Assembly (NCBI GenBank): GCA_003252295.1
Contig: QKEV01000013.1
Coordinates: forward strand, 25,920-89,919
Direction: 5' to 3'
Source of the DNA: a bacterium
GTDB lineage: Bacteria; Patescibacteriota; Minisyncoccia; Phycocordibacterales; UBA12088
DNA length: 64,000 bases
Shown piece after piece: positions 18,482 through 28,527 of this stretch. Each line of letters opens with the position of its first letter. Position 1 is the stretch's first letter. A program made the position numbers and the translations under genes. The notes beneath the pieces were generated by a model, which saw only the letters and a list, made by a program, of their open reading frames with translations, searched no databases and had not been told where the DNA came from.

Positions 18482-21431
18482 CATACTGCGACGACATGCA
18501 TACGTACCTCTGAGCACTATACTGCTTTTGGTTGTGATGCTACCTTTTCAAACGACATCGCTCCATGCACAAGAAGAAACTGTAGTTACAACACAAGAGG
18601 TGCAAGATACCGTAACAACTGGAGGAGAAACTGGTACTGTTGGTGAAGGTACAACCAACACGGAAAGCACCACTCCAACAACAGAGGCAGTTGATACTAC
18701 CAACGACACATCAGAAGATACAACAGCAACCACGATCGACACCGGTGATGCGGATGCACTACTTGAAAGTGAAACTGATGCAAACACCAACAACACCTCG
18801 GTAACCGAGGTGGTTACTACACAGCAAGAAGAAAGCGAGACTAGTACAGATACATCATCGGAAGAAACAGACAAGAATACAGAAGACACAACATCAACCG
18901 GTGACGTACCACCTGACTCAGAAACGACGGTAACAAATGATAACACCGCAGATGTTGCACTCGATGCAACCATTACAGCTGACACCGGCAACAATACAGC
19001 TCTTGATAACAATGAGGCGATCATCACCACCGGTAATGCAGTGAGTACCGCTAATGTCGTCAATGTGGTCAATACAAATATCTTTAACTCAACAGGACTG
19101 TTCTACTTTCTTAACCTCATACTTGGCAATATCTCATTTGATACGAGGGATCTCTTTTCGATCTTTACTGGAGATACAGAGGTGACAGGGGGATGTGGTG
19201 ACGCCGACCCATGCACAGTTGGAGACACATCAGTAACCGTGAACAATACCAATACCGCCGTGGTAAACAACACCCTCGAACTGATCGCCAATACCGGCAG
19301 CAACACAGGTAGCGCAACAGGAGACGTAAGCATCACCACAGGAGATGCATATGCTTCTGCAAACATTGTGAACCTAGTAAACACCAACATCACCGACACT
19401 AATTACCTCCTCCTCACAATAAACGGTTTTGACGCTGGAAGCGGCGGCGTTGTTTTCCCTGGTGCTGAGTGGTTTTACGAACTCTTGAGTCAAGGTGAGA
19501 GCATTGCGCAAGGCAGTCAGGTGACGGTAGAAAACACCAACACTGCAATCATCAACAACACGAGCTCGGTTACCGCTGACAGTGGTGGCAACACGGTTGA
19601 AGGAGATGACACATCGATTACTACCGGCAACTCAGGTGCTCAAACATCGATAGTAAACCAAGTTAACACAAACATCTTTGGCAGCTCAATCTCCCTCCTC
19701 TTCAACATTCAGGGTTCTTGGGCTGGAGAGATTTTTGGGCTCCCTGATGGTATGAGCTGGAGAGAAACTGCAAGTGGCGTTGAAATATTCTTTGATGGAG
19801 ATACGGTGCAAGCTCCTGCGGGAAGCACCGATAACCTCACCGTTACAAACACGAATAACGCAGAGATAAGCAATAACGTTTCTGTGTTTGCATTAACCGG
19901 AGATAACATGGCAACCTCCGAAAGCGGTGATGCAAACATTGAAACCGGTTCGGCACAAGCATCAGCAAACATTGTGAATATTGTAAACACGAATGTGCTC
20001 GGTAGGAACTGGATACTCGCCATCTTCAATATACTCGGTGACTGGAATGGCAACATTTCTTTTGGACAACCAGACCTTTGGATTGGCGTGCGCGCACTCA
20101 CACAACCAGCAAACATACGAGTGGGGAGCTGCTTCGAGTACGAGTTCACGGTAAATAACTTTGGTGATGCAGACGCACATGATGTCGTACTGTACAGCAA
20201 CCATACACCATTCCAGCAAGCTATTGATTTCATGCAACGGGAAGCAAACGGTTCATACTCCTACCCTATTGGTGATGTAGCAAGTGGCGACTCTATCACC
20301 TTCACCCTTCCTATCTGTGTTAGCGAGTTTGCAAATGCCAACAGGGACATCACCACTACATTTGAGGTACTCGAAAATGAAGACGATGCTGACTATGCAA
20401 ACAACAAGGACACCATAGGGTTCACCATGGCAAAGGCAATTGGTAGTGCACTCGTCTTTGGAAAAAAGTATCCAGATTTCAGCATCCAAAAAGTTGTCGA
20501 TAAAAAAACGATTACTGCATCAAGTACGGTAACGTATGAGATAACCATACAGAATGGTGAAAATCCTATCTACAACGCCCTCCTCGTTGACACCATATTC
20601 AACCCCGATAACCGCCCTATACATGAGCAACGATGGGGACTTGGAACGATACTCAAGAATGAAACGATCATTATCAGCTACGAAGCGCTCTTTAACGAAG
20701 ACTCTTCTGCGGGTATGTACCTCAACGAAGCATTCATATCAGGTACAACACGCGAACCTGCAGAAACAGTACAAGACCCTATCAAGTCTCCTGTTGCAAG
20801 TGTGTCGGTAAATGTTGTTGATGAACTCCCTGCAGCACCTTCCACAACATGCACGCCACTCCTCAACACATACATACAGAAAAATGGGAACAACAGTCGA
20901 GACGAGGTTGGTGAACTACAGTTCTTTTTGAGAACCATTGAAGGGGACACTTCGGTATCCCTTACAAAAGAGTACGACGAAGCAACCATTCAAGCAGTGC
21001 GCGCCTTTCAGGAACGGTACGCACAAGACATACTTGAACCATGGGGTATGACAGAAAGCTCAGGGTACGTGTACTACACAACACAAAAGAAGATCAATGA
21101 ACTTTGGTGCAAGGATATCGACTTCTCACTAACAGATGAACAATTGAAAGAGATCGAGACTTTCAAAAAGAGAACGAGGAACTACATCGAACGTCATGTT
21201 AATCTTCCCGAAGAAACATTTGAAATGTTTGGAAGTATGCAGGAGGAAGCACCTGTTCCTGTTCCAGCGATACACATTGAAAAAGAAGAGCAAACTACTG
21301 AACAGCAATTAGTATACCCTCATCAAATTGCAACAGCGGAAGCAGCAACAGAAGGTGTAGATACCATGGCAGCACTCATTAATGCCTTACGAACGGGTGT
21401 AAAAAACTCACTACTGTTCTTCTCCCGCTAG
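18459..21431 (+). CDS. Large secreted Asn/Thr-repeat protein with DUF11-like Ig domains and a C-terminal peptidoglycan-binding-like domain
   Basis: Repeated N.N.A.V.N....A.TG.N...I.TG.A.A...N.VNTN; I.KVVDK..I.....VTYEITIQN; LQFFL...ATIQAVRAFQERY..DIL.PWG...SGYVY.TT.KKIN. Confidence 0.85.
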   Translation: MYYHITCSILRRHAYVPLSTILLLVVMLPFQTTSLHAQEETVVTTQEVQDTVTTGGETGTVGEGTTNTESTTPTTEAVDTTNDTSEDTTATTIDTGDADALLESETDANTNNTSVTEVVTTQQEESETSTDTSSEETDKNTEDTTSTGDVPPDSETTVTNDNTADVALDATITADTGNNTALDNNEAIITTGNAVSTANVVNVVNTNIFNSTGLFYFLNLILGNISFDTRDLFSIFTGDTEVTGGCGDADPCTVGDTSVTVNNTNTAVVNNTLELIANTGSNTGSATGDVSITTGDAYASANIVNLVNTNITDTNYLLLTINGFDAGSGGVVFPGAEWFYELLSQGESIAQGSQVTVENTNTAIINNTSSVTADSGGNTVEGDDTSITTGNSGAQTSIVNQVNTNIFGSSISLLFNIQGSWAGEIFGLPDGMSWRETASGVEIFFDGDTVQAPAGSTDNLTVTNTNNAEISNNVSVFALTGDNMATSESGDANIETGSAQASANIVNIVNTNVLGRNWILAIFNILGDWNGNISFGQPDLWIGVRALTQPANIRVGSCFEYEFTVNNFGDADAHDVVLYSNHTPFQQAIDFMQREANGSYSYPIGDVASGDSITFTLPICVSEFANANRDITTTFEVLENEDDADYANNKDTIGFTMAKAIGSALVFGKKYPDFSIQKVVDKKTITASSTVTYEITIQNGENPIYNALLVDTIFNPDNRPIHEQRWGLGTILKNETIIISYEALFNEDSSAGMYLNEAFISGTTREPAETVQDPIKSPVASVSVNVVDELPAAPSTTCTPLLNTYIQKNGNNSRDEVGELQFFLRTIEGDTSVSLTKEYDEATIQAVRAFQERYAQDILEPWGMTESSGYVYYTTQKKINELWCKDIDFSLTDEQLKEIETFKKRTRNYIERHVNLPEETFEMFGSMQEEAPVPVPAIHIEKEEQTTEQQLVYPHQIATAEAATEGVDTMAALINALRTGVKNSLLFFSR

Positions 21432-22076
21432 TAGCGTAAGGAAAGTAAGTGTCGCCTCTGCCCCCTTCTCTCCCGCAAGAGCAAAACTATCATCGTTACC
21501 CTCACTACCACTTGGATCACTCACTGCTTTGATCACGATACTTGGTACAGCATGCTGCCTTGCAGCATACACAATTGGGTAGCTCTCCATGTCAACGATA
21601 CCCACACCATCCATACCATTCTTTTTGTCTATAAACTTCGAAGTCGTTATTCCCTTCTCAACAACAACAAAACCAGGAAGGTTATGAACTACTGCAAACA
21701 TTGATGTATCAACTTCAACCTGTTTACCTGAGGATAGTTCCTCCCACACCCGTGGCACAACAACATCACCTATTGCAAGTGATGGTGCGACAGCACCTGC
21801 AATACCTGACACCACAACATCTCTTATAGGCAAGAATGAAAAAAGTTTATGTATAGCCTTCTCAGCTTTTTTTGGCCCAACTCCTGTACTAAAAAAAACG
21901 CAAGGTTTACCAGACCACTTAGTAAAGTAGTAGGTTACTCCTTTATGTTTGCAGGTGTGCTCTATAGCAACTCTTTTTAAAAGCGCATTGAGTTCAAGAG
22001 GAAAAGCGGTAACAACCGCTGTAACAGGTTCATTGTGTAGATCATAAGCACACCTGTTTCTCTTAAATTGCCACAT
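21411..22076 (-). CDS. MTA/SAH nucleosidase / PNP-UDP phosphorylase family protein
   Basis: TAFPLE, TGVG, SGIAGA, IGDVVV, VDMES, KAVSD. Confidence 0.8.
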   Translation of the reverse strand: MWQFKRNRCAYDLHNEPVTAVVTAFPLELNALLKRVAIEHTCKHKGVTYYFTKWSGKPCVFFSTGVGPKKAEKAIHKLFSFLPIRDVVVSGIAGAVAPSLAIGDVVVPRVWEELSSGKQVEVDTSMFAVVHNLPGFVVVEKGITTSKFIDKKNGMDGVGIVDMESYPIVYAARQHAVPSIVIKAVSDPSGSEGNDDSFALAGEKGAEATLTFLTLLAGEEQ

Positions 22077-22078
22077 AC

Positions 22079-23401
22079 CTAGATTGTTTGCTGCATGACG
22101 TAGTACACCTCTTTTGGCGTACCATCGTACTCAAGGATACCAAAGTGATTCTCAATAGTGTCGGTATCTGCTCCGAGGTCTCGGTAGCTGTACCAGAACA
22201 GAGGTCCCATCCACTCATTTTCTTCTTTATACTCATATGCTTCCACAAACATATCCGCTTGAAATTCTTCTGATACATGTGTCGGTTGTGACCAAGAAAA
22301 GGTACTATTACCATCTGCTTCCTTCCCTGGTCCGCCAGTTGGTGCACCAAACTCGGTCACCCAAACTTTTTTCCCTCCATCACCATTCTTTTCCATGATA
22401 CCACGCAAGCTCCACATACTTTTATCCATCTGGGTCCACGCGTTACTGGTTCCCGCCTCCTCTGGACTCAAAGGAAAACTATATGGATGAAAACCAAGCA
22501 CATCAAAGAAACCTTGTGCACCATTCTCATACATACGCTCAAGGTACTCTCTAGGTGACACACTTGTATCATTCGTGTCAGAAGGAGCAAGACCCCCACT
22601 CACCACAACCGCATCAGGATCTATAGTGTGTATTGTACGGTAGGTACGTTTCAAAAGCTGTGTGTACTTGTACGCATTCACACCACCTGCCCAAAACTTT
22701 GCAATGTTTGGTTCATTCCATATTTCCCAGGTATCCACTCCCATTGGCTCATAGCGTTCTACTGCCTTTTCTACAAATACCGCAAACTGATCAATATCTT
22801 TCGGAGGACATTTGCTCGTGTACTTACAGGTATCCTCTCGTGCCCACACCGGAGTGTAAGTGATAATCGGGAGCACCTCTATACCGCGCTCATACGCAAG
22901 GGTTACTATACGGTCAAAGCTAGTCCAGTTGTATATATCCTCACGTTCATTCTGAATAGTGTTCCACGAAAGGTCACAGCGTATCCAACCAATATGTAGT
23001 GAGGCAATATCATCAAGTACCATCGCTACCTCACGCTCCTCCATGTATGAGAGTGTTGCCCCCATAGAGAGACCGTACTCGTAGTTCTGTACACCTCCCT
23101 CTCCCTCTGCCTCAACATCTTGCGCAACCTTCACCTGTTCTTTTTCTGCATAGACACCAGCATCCTCCGCAACCTGAGGAACATCTGAAGTAACCGCTTC
23201 CGTACCAGTTGCTTGAGTGTCCACATCTTCTACTGTAACTGCATCCTGCTTTGGAGCAACCGAGACATCATACTTACTAAACACAAACCAGTACGTAAAA
23301 CCGAGCAACATGAGCACTAAAAGAAAGACACCACCAGCAAACACAACTGCTCGCTCCAGCGTATCTTTGTTTATCTCTTTGATATTTTTTTTCTTACTCA
23401 T
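22079..23401 (-). CDS. Membrane-anchored clan GH-A glycoside hydrolase (GH5/GH39, PslG-like)
   Basis: N-terminal TM; WEIWNEPN (acid/base), FHPY, WVTEFG (nucleophile), ENHFGI. Confidence 0.85.
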   Translation of the reverse strand: MSKKKNIKEINKDTLERAVVFAGGVFLLVLMLLGFTYWFVFSKYDVSVAPKQDAVTVEDVDTQATGTEAVTSDVPQVAEDAGVYAEKEQVKVAQDVEAEGEGGVQNYEYGLSMGATLSYMEEREVAMVLDDIASLHIGWIRCDLSWNTIQNEREDIYNWTSFDRIVTLAYERGIEVLPIITYTPVWAREDTCKYTSKCPPKDIDQFAVFVEKAVERYEPMGVDTWEIWNEPNIAKFWAGGVNAYKYTQLLKRTYRTIHTIDPDAVVVSGGLAPSDTNDTSVSPREYLERMYENGAQGFFDVLGFHPYSFPLSPEEAGTSNAWTQMDKSMWSLRGIMEKNGDGGKKVWVTEFGAPTGGPGKEADGNSTFSWSQPTHVSEEFQADMFVEAYEYKEENEWMGPLFWYSYRDLGADTDTIENHFGILEYDGTPKEVYYVMQQTI

Positions 23402-23491
23402 ATTTGGAATTAAAAATGCGTTGAAAAACAACAGCATTAGTATACATAGATATTGACAAAACGCAATAGTTTTAGTATTGTACACGGTACC

Positions 23492-24748
23492 ATGAATAGA
23501 CTGATTGCACTCTTACGAGAGAACAGTCTCATACAAAACTCATTCTATCCGATGCTCTCGACCGCTATTATGGCGGGGCTTGGTTTTCTCTTCTGGATGT
23601 TTGTTGCTCGACTGTTCCCTGAGAGCGAGGTTGGTCTTGCTGCTACCCTTATTTCTGTCATGAGTACAGTGTCTATCTTTTCCCTACTTGGGTTTGACAC
23701 CTCAACCATTCGATTTCTCTCAAAAGAAAAAGACAAGAATGCAAGCATTAGTACAAGCATTATCATCCTCTCTTTCACTGCATTTGTGCTTTCTATGCTT
23801 TTCGTAATCCTTGTTACCACCATCTCACCACAACTCTCATTCCTGTTTGAAAACAAAATGTTAGGTGGACTCTTCATACTCTTTACAATACTTTCTACCA
23901 TTAATGGATACACTGATGCTGTCTTCCTCTCCTACCGCAAGACCAAGTACACACTCATCATCAACACCATCTTTAGTGTTGCTAAGACATGCTTTCCTTT
24001 TCTCTTTATTGGGACTGGTGTGTTTGGTATTTTTGCCTCAGCAGCACTCGCACAGACGATTGGTTTTGTACTGAGCATCATGGTACTTGTTCGCTATTTT
24101 GGATACCGACCATCACTCTCGATTAACGCTTCTATCATACGCAACGTATGGCGATACAGTGCAGGAAACTACGTGGCAGACATTTTTACCTTTCTTCCTA
24201 CCGCTCTTCTGCCTATCATCATTACCAACAACATCGGTGCTGAGCATACTGCTTACTACTACACCACCATGATGATTATTGGATTGCTCTACGTCATTCC
24301 CACGAGCACCATGCGAGCCCTTTTTGCTGAAGGTTCACACGACAAGGACACGGTTTCAAAAAACATCTGTACTGCCCTCAAGACAACGTCTTTTTTCTTA
24401 CTCCCAGCAATGGCTGTGTTATTTCTCTTTGGTAAGTACCTTCTCCTTGCATTTGGTACCAGTTACGTGGAGAGTGGAACCTCACTCCTCTATGTCATGA
24501 CATTCACAGGAGTACTCGTTACCATATCAACACTCTACAGTTCTCTTTTTCGTTTAGAAGGCAACATCCGTGCACTCATTATTAGAAACATGGTGTATAC
24601 AGGAAGCTTAATAGGACTCACGTACATGTTCTTGGAACGTGGTCTCCTTGGTGTAGGTTTTGCATATATCAGTGCATATACTCTTTCAATACTCGTTTGC
24701 ATGGTACTCTATAGGAAAGACCATACTACGATTTGCATAACCAAGTAA
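23492..24748 (+). CDS. Wzx-type oligosaccharide flippase
   Basis: About 12 TM segments; NSFY...GLGFLFW..VARL...VG.A, LGFD..IRFL. Confidence 0.85.
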   Translation: MNRLIALLRENSLIQNSFYPMLSTAIMAGLGFLFWMFVARLFPESEVGLAATLISVMSTVSIFSLLGFDTSTIRFLSKEKDKNASISTSIIILSFTAFVLSMLFVILVTTISPQLSFLFENKMLGGLFILFTILSTINGYTDAVFLSYRKTKYTLIINTIFSVAKTCFPFLFIGTGVFGIFASAALAQTIGFVLSIMVLVRYFGYRPSLSINASIIRNVWRYSAGNYVADIFTFLPTALLPIIITNNIGAEHTAYYYTTMMIIGLLYVIPTSTMRALFAEGSHDKDTVSKNICTALKTTSFFLLPAMAVLFLFGKYLLLAFGTSYVESGTSLLYVMTFTGVLVTISTLYSSLFRLEGNIRALIIRNMVYTGSLIGLTYMFLERGLLGVGFAYISAYTLSILVCMVLYRKDHTTICITK

Positions 24749-24752
24749 AACC

Positions 24753-25634
24753 ATGGCTCATCAAAAGAAAAAAGGGGTTCTAGGACGCTTACATGGACGA
24801 TTCAAGGAATGGCGTTTCTGGTACCTCCGCTCACGATGCTTCTGTTCACCAAACTTTCTAGGTATCTTTTTCAAAAACAAATGTCGCTGCAAAACTCTTC
24901 TGTGCTACCCGGATAAACCAAAGTCCTACCATGTACTTTACGAAATATGTAAACACATTGGTTGGCGTATGACGAATGACCTCTCCGATGAGTGTGTAAA
25001 CCTTGCCATACACTTCAGGGATACAACAGTCCGTGATACAAACTCTTCACTCCATACCTACAGTGAAAACCATGAGGTGCTCAACCTCCACAGCACCGAC
25101 ATCAGCAAACGTCACATAGACGAGGTGTTTGGTGAGGTGTTCGGATATGCCATGAGTGTTGATCCGGAAACCTACAAGGGTACCTGTGTACGAAAGTCAG
25201 ATACAAACGCGGTACATGATGGTGCCATTCGTGAGGAGGGGTACGTGTACCAGAAGCTCGTGAACAGTTACTGTGGCAACGACCAGGTAATGGATATGCG
25301 TATACACATCTTTCGTGACACCATTCCTTTCCTCTTGAAGCGTTACAAAAATACGAATGACATCTTCCATATGACCGTAGGTGCAGAGATTGCAGAGACT
25401 GATGAACTCTTGAGCAAAGATGAGCAGGAAAAGATACTTATGTACTGCAAAAAACTCGGCATCGACTACGGCGAGCTCGATGCATTGCGTGACAATGATG
25501 ATGGTAATCTCTACATAGTGGACGCAAACAACACCCCTGCTGGACCAATAGGACCTATCTTCTTTAACAAAAAAAAGTACAAGGTATGGATCGAACGAAT
25601 CAGTAAAGCGTTTGAAGTGTATCTTGTGAAGTAA
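24753..25634 (+). CDS. ATP-grasp-like protein (paralog 1)
   Basis: DISK, RKSD.NA.HDG, YVYQKL, D.R, GIDYGELDALRD..DG.LYIVDANNTP (ATP-grasp-like C-terminus). Confidence 0.65.
   Translation: MAHQKKKGVLGRLHGRFKEWRFWYLRSRCFCSPNFLGIFFKNKCRCKTLLCYPDKPKSYHVLYEICKHIGWRMTNDLSDECVNLAIHFRDTTVRDTNSSLHTYSENHEVLNLHSTDISKRHIDEVFGEVFGYAMSVDPETYKGTCVRKSDTNAVHDGAIREEGYVYQKLVNSYCGNDQVMDMRIHIFRDTIPFLLKRYKNTNDIFHMTVGAEIAETDELLSKDEQEKILMYCKKLGIDYGELDALRDNDDGNLYIVDANNTPAGPIGPIFFNKKKYKVWIERISKAFEVYLVK
25086..25233 (+). repeat. 148-bp exact repeat, copy 1
   Basis: Identical to 25968-26115 by direct reading. Confidence 0.9.
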
Positions 25635-25637
25635 CAT

Positions 25638-26517
25638 ATGCAGGTCTTCCCACTCAACACACTTCCAAGGCGAGCTAAATCACGTTTTGATGAACAGATA
25701 CTTTGGCCATGGAACACATACAGAGCAGCACGACGTGCTTACAAGCAAGCACGAGAGCGAGAGGGACACGTATCAAAGACTATTCTCTTCTATCCTGAAA
25801 AACCAAAGACCTTTCACACGCTCTACAAGATATGCGCCCATCTTGGCTGGAAGATAACTACAAACCCAAAAGAACACTTTGATACGGCTATTTTTTTTGA
25901 GGACACCACTGTGCGGAAGATTCCACAAAAACTCATTGCAGTATCACAACACCAACCAGTTGTGAATCTCCACAGCACCGACATCAGCAAACGTCACATA
26001 GACGAGGTGTTTGGTGAGGTGTTCGGATATGCCATGAGTGTTGATCCGGAAACCTACAAGGGTACCTGTGTACGAAAGTCAGATACAAACGCGGTACATG
26101 ATGGTGCCATTCGTGTACCAGAAGCTGATCGACACAACACAGCAGGATGGCAGAGCCATGGACCTACGACTTAACATATGGAACGGAAATGTACCCATTG
26201 TCATCAAACGCTACAAGAGCAAGGATGACCTCTTTGACATCACGGTTGATGCTGAATTTACCGAGCCATATGAGGTACTGAGTGAACATGAACTTGAACT
26301 CATTGCACGATTCTCTAAAAAACTTGGTATTGATTACGGTGAATTTGACGCACTTCGTGACAATAGTGACGGAAGACTCTACATTGTGGATGTGAACAAT
26401 ACTCCGGCAGGGCCTATCGGTCCCTTCTACGCAAAACCAGAGGATATGGATCGTTGGTACACCGAAGTGAGTAAAGAAACAGAGAAGGCATTCCTCCTTA
26501 CTTCACAGTCAGAGTAA
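25638..26517 (+). pseudogene. ATP-grasp-like paralog 2, frameshifted at ~26115 (or assembly artefact)
   Basis: ORFs 25638-26174 and 26038-26517 each match one half of paralog 1; 14 nt are missing between CGTG microhomologies. Confidence 0.75.
25968..26115 (+). repeat. 148-bp exact repeat, copy 2
   Basis: Identical to 25086-25233. Confidence 0.9.
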
Positions 26518-26528
26518 CTAAGTATCAC

Positions 26529-26576
26529 AGGTATATACCTAATTATATAATTTAGTATATAATTAGGTATATACCT
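26529..26576. repeat. 21-bp inverted repeat with 6-nt spacer between convergent genes
   Basis: AGGTATATACCTAATTATATA-ATTTAG-TATATAATTAGGTATATACCT. Confidence 0.9.
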
Positions 26577-26643
26577 ACTATTCTTGAAAAATTAAATCAC
26601 CACCTGACGATATGGTCGCAGGTGGTGGTATTCATAAAAGCAC

Positions 26644-27207
26644 TTATGCTTTTACCGTAGTGGTGGCAATGTAGTTTTCTATTTTTTTCTTTGCACTCTC
26701 CAAAAGAGGTCTGTTCTCTTGAGAAGAGAACTGCAAGGCAAGATCACAGTACTCAAGTGCCTGAAAAGCTTTTTTTGCATCCATTGCAAGTAGTGCTTTG
26801 AAAAAATATGCAACAGACAGGTTTGGATTTACCTTTTTCAAACCATCCTTAGTGCACCGCTCTATCACCTTGTCGAAATACTCCTCGGCCTTCTCGTACT
26901 CTTGTTTCTTATAGTAATTATTACCAAGGAGAATATTTACCTCTGGTGTATCAAACAGTTTTTGCGCCTCAAGAAGTCTTTCAATTGCTGCATCGTACTG
27001 ACCTCTTATGTGGTACTCATCACTCTCCATACATAACGCCATGTACAGCGCTCCATTAACAATACTCAATACGCTTGTTTCTAACTTCTTGGACGCATTC
27101 TCGGTCCTCTGTTCAATGACACTTAACCCTTTTTGCTCTGCGTTCGCAATAAATGAGCAAGGAAAGAAACAAAAAATACTGAGTAAGAAAATAATTACCT
27201 GTTTCAT
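26644..27207 (-). CDS. Secreted TPR-repeat protein
   Basis: Signal peptide; LGNNYYKKQEYEKAEEYFDKVI and AYFFKA...AL.YCD.AL TPR patterns; AGGAGG SD. Confidence 0.75.
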   Translation of the reverse strand: MKQVIIFLLSIFCFFPCSFIANAEQKGLSVIEQRTENASKKLETSVLSIVNGALYMALCMESDEYHIRGQYDAAIERLLEAQKLFDTPEVNILLGNNYYKKQEYEKAEEYFDKVIERCTKDGLKKVNPNLSVAYFFKALLAMDAKKAFQALEYCDLALQFSSQENRPLLESAKKKIENYIATTTVKA

Positions 27208-27344
27208 TGGTTACCTCCTGTGTCCTGTTTTGAAAAAGCTACCACCTATCGATATCCTGCTTTTATAAGTACCATTTATTTAAAAGTGTGTCAATAGCAC
27301 AACATAGGCACATACATGTTTCAAATGTTTTTCAGGTTTTTTCT

Positions 27345-28526
27345 CTATCCCAACAGTTTCATGAAAAGTTTTTCTATCTGGTCTACGTATCTCTCTATAG
27401 AAAATTGTTCTGCTTGAGTGTGTGCTTCTTGAGACATACACCCAAGGAGTTCTGGATCACCAAGAATCGTGAGGATCTTTATTACGAGTACCTCAGGATT
27501 GTTTGGTTCTACAAGGTAGCCAACCTCTCCATCTTTCAACCACTCACCCACTCCACCAACATTACTCGCTATGACTGGTCTCCCTACACTCATTGCTTCA
27601 ACCCCCACCTTACCGAACGGTTCAGGCCAGAGTGATGGTACGAGCAAAACTGTCGCGTCTTTGTACAGCTCGTATAGCTCATCTCTCGTCTTATGTCCCA
27701 CGAAATGTACCTTGTTCTCAAGATTGAGTTGTTTAGTAAGTGCCTCAAGCTCACCTCTGTACGCACCCTCCCCTGCTATAGTGAGTGTTGTGTCACTACG
27801 CTCCTTGTGAACCTGAGCAAGTGCTTTAAGTGCCACCTGTACCCCTTTTATTTTTTCAAGACGTCCCACATAAAGAAGGCTCGCTGATGCAGTATCTATT
27901 GGACTCGATGCAAACAGTTCAGTAGCATTAGGTATCACTGTTGCCTCCTTCCCCTCTTTTGCAAGCAAACCTTTCATGTACTCACTCATTACAAGGAAGG
28001 TAGCAACATATCGAAAACCTAAACTATAGATAGGGTAGATACAGTACCTATGGAACAGGTAATGAAGTTTGCCTGTAAGGTTAAGATTCTCTTTCGTAAA
28101 CTCATCAACACCCTCTTTGAAAAGATATTTCGGAAAACCCCACGTGAGGAGACCAAGGAAGTAATCTTCAGCACCATGCACGGTCATGATGATTGGGTAT
28201 CCTTTGAGCGCAAAGAGTACCGATGGTGAAAGTTCATACATGGTGTGAAGCTGCACAACATCTGGCTTGTACTCCAGAAGTACTCGCTTCACTTCCCTGT
28301 ATGAAGCAGGGTAAAACATACGATATAGTGCACGCATAACAAAAGAGTGGTGACTCAAAGCAGGAAATGTGTAATCTGCAAAAAATGTTTTCTCGTCTTT
28401 TTCCCTATCACTTGCAAGCACCCTCACCTCATGTCCACACTCCTCAAGCACACGGTCAGTCAGTACAATACCGTTCTCCGCTCCCCCGCTCTCATACCCC
28501 AAACTTGTAATACGTAAAATTTTCAT
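27345..28526 (-). CDS. Glycosyltransferase family 4
   Basis: GGAE, YVGRLEKIKG, PSLWPEPFGKVGVEAM. Confidence 0.92.
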   Translation of the reverse strand: MKILRITSLGYESGGAENGIVLTDRVLEECGHEVRVLASDREKDEKTFFADYTFPALSHHSFVMRALYRMFYPASYREVKRVLLEYKPDVVQLHTMYELSPSVLFALKGYPIIMTVHGAEDYFLGLLTWGFPKYLFKEGVDEFTKENLNLTGKLHYLFHRYCIYPIYSLGFRYVATFLVMSEYMKGLLAKEGKEATVIPNATELFASSPIDTASASLLYVGRLEKIKGVQVALKALAQVHKERSDTTLTIAGEGAYRGELEALTKQLNLENKVHFVGHKTRDELYELYKDATVLLVPSLWPEPFGKVGVEAMSVGRPVIASNVGGVGEWLKDGEVGYLVEPNNPEVLVIKILTILGDPELLGCMSQEAHTQAEQFSIERYVDQIEKLFMKLLG

Positions 28527-28527
28527 A

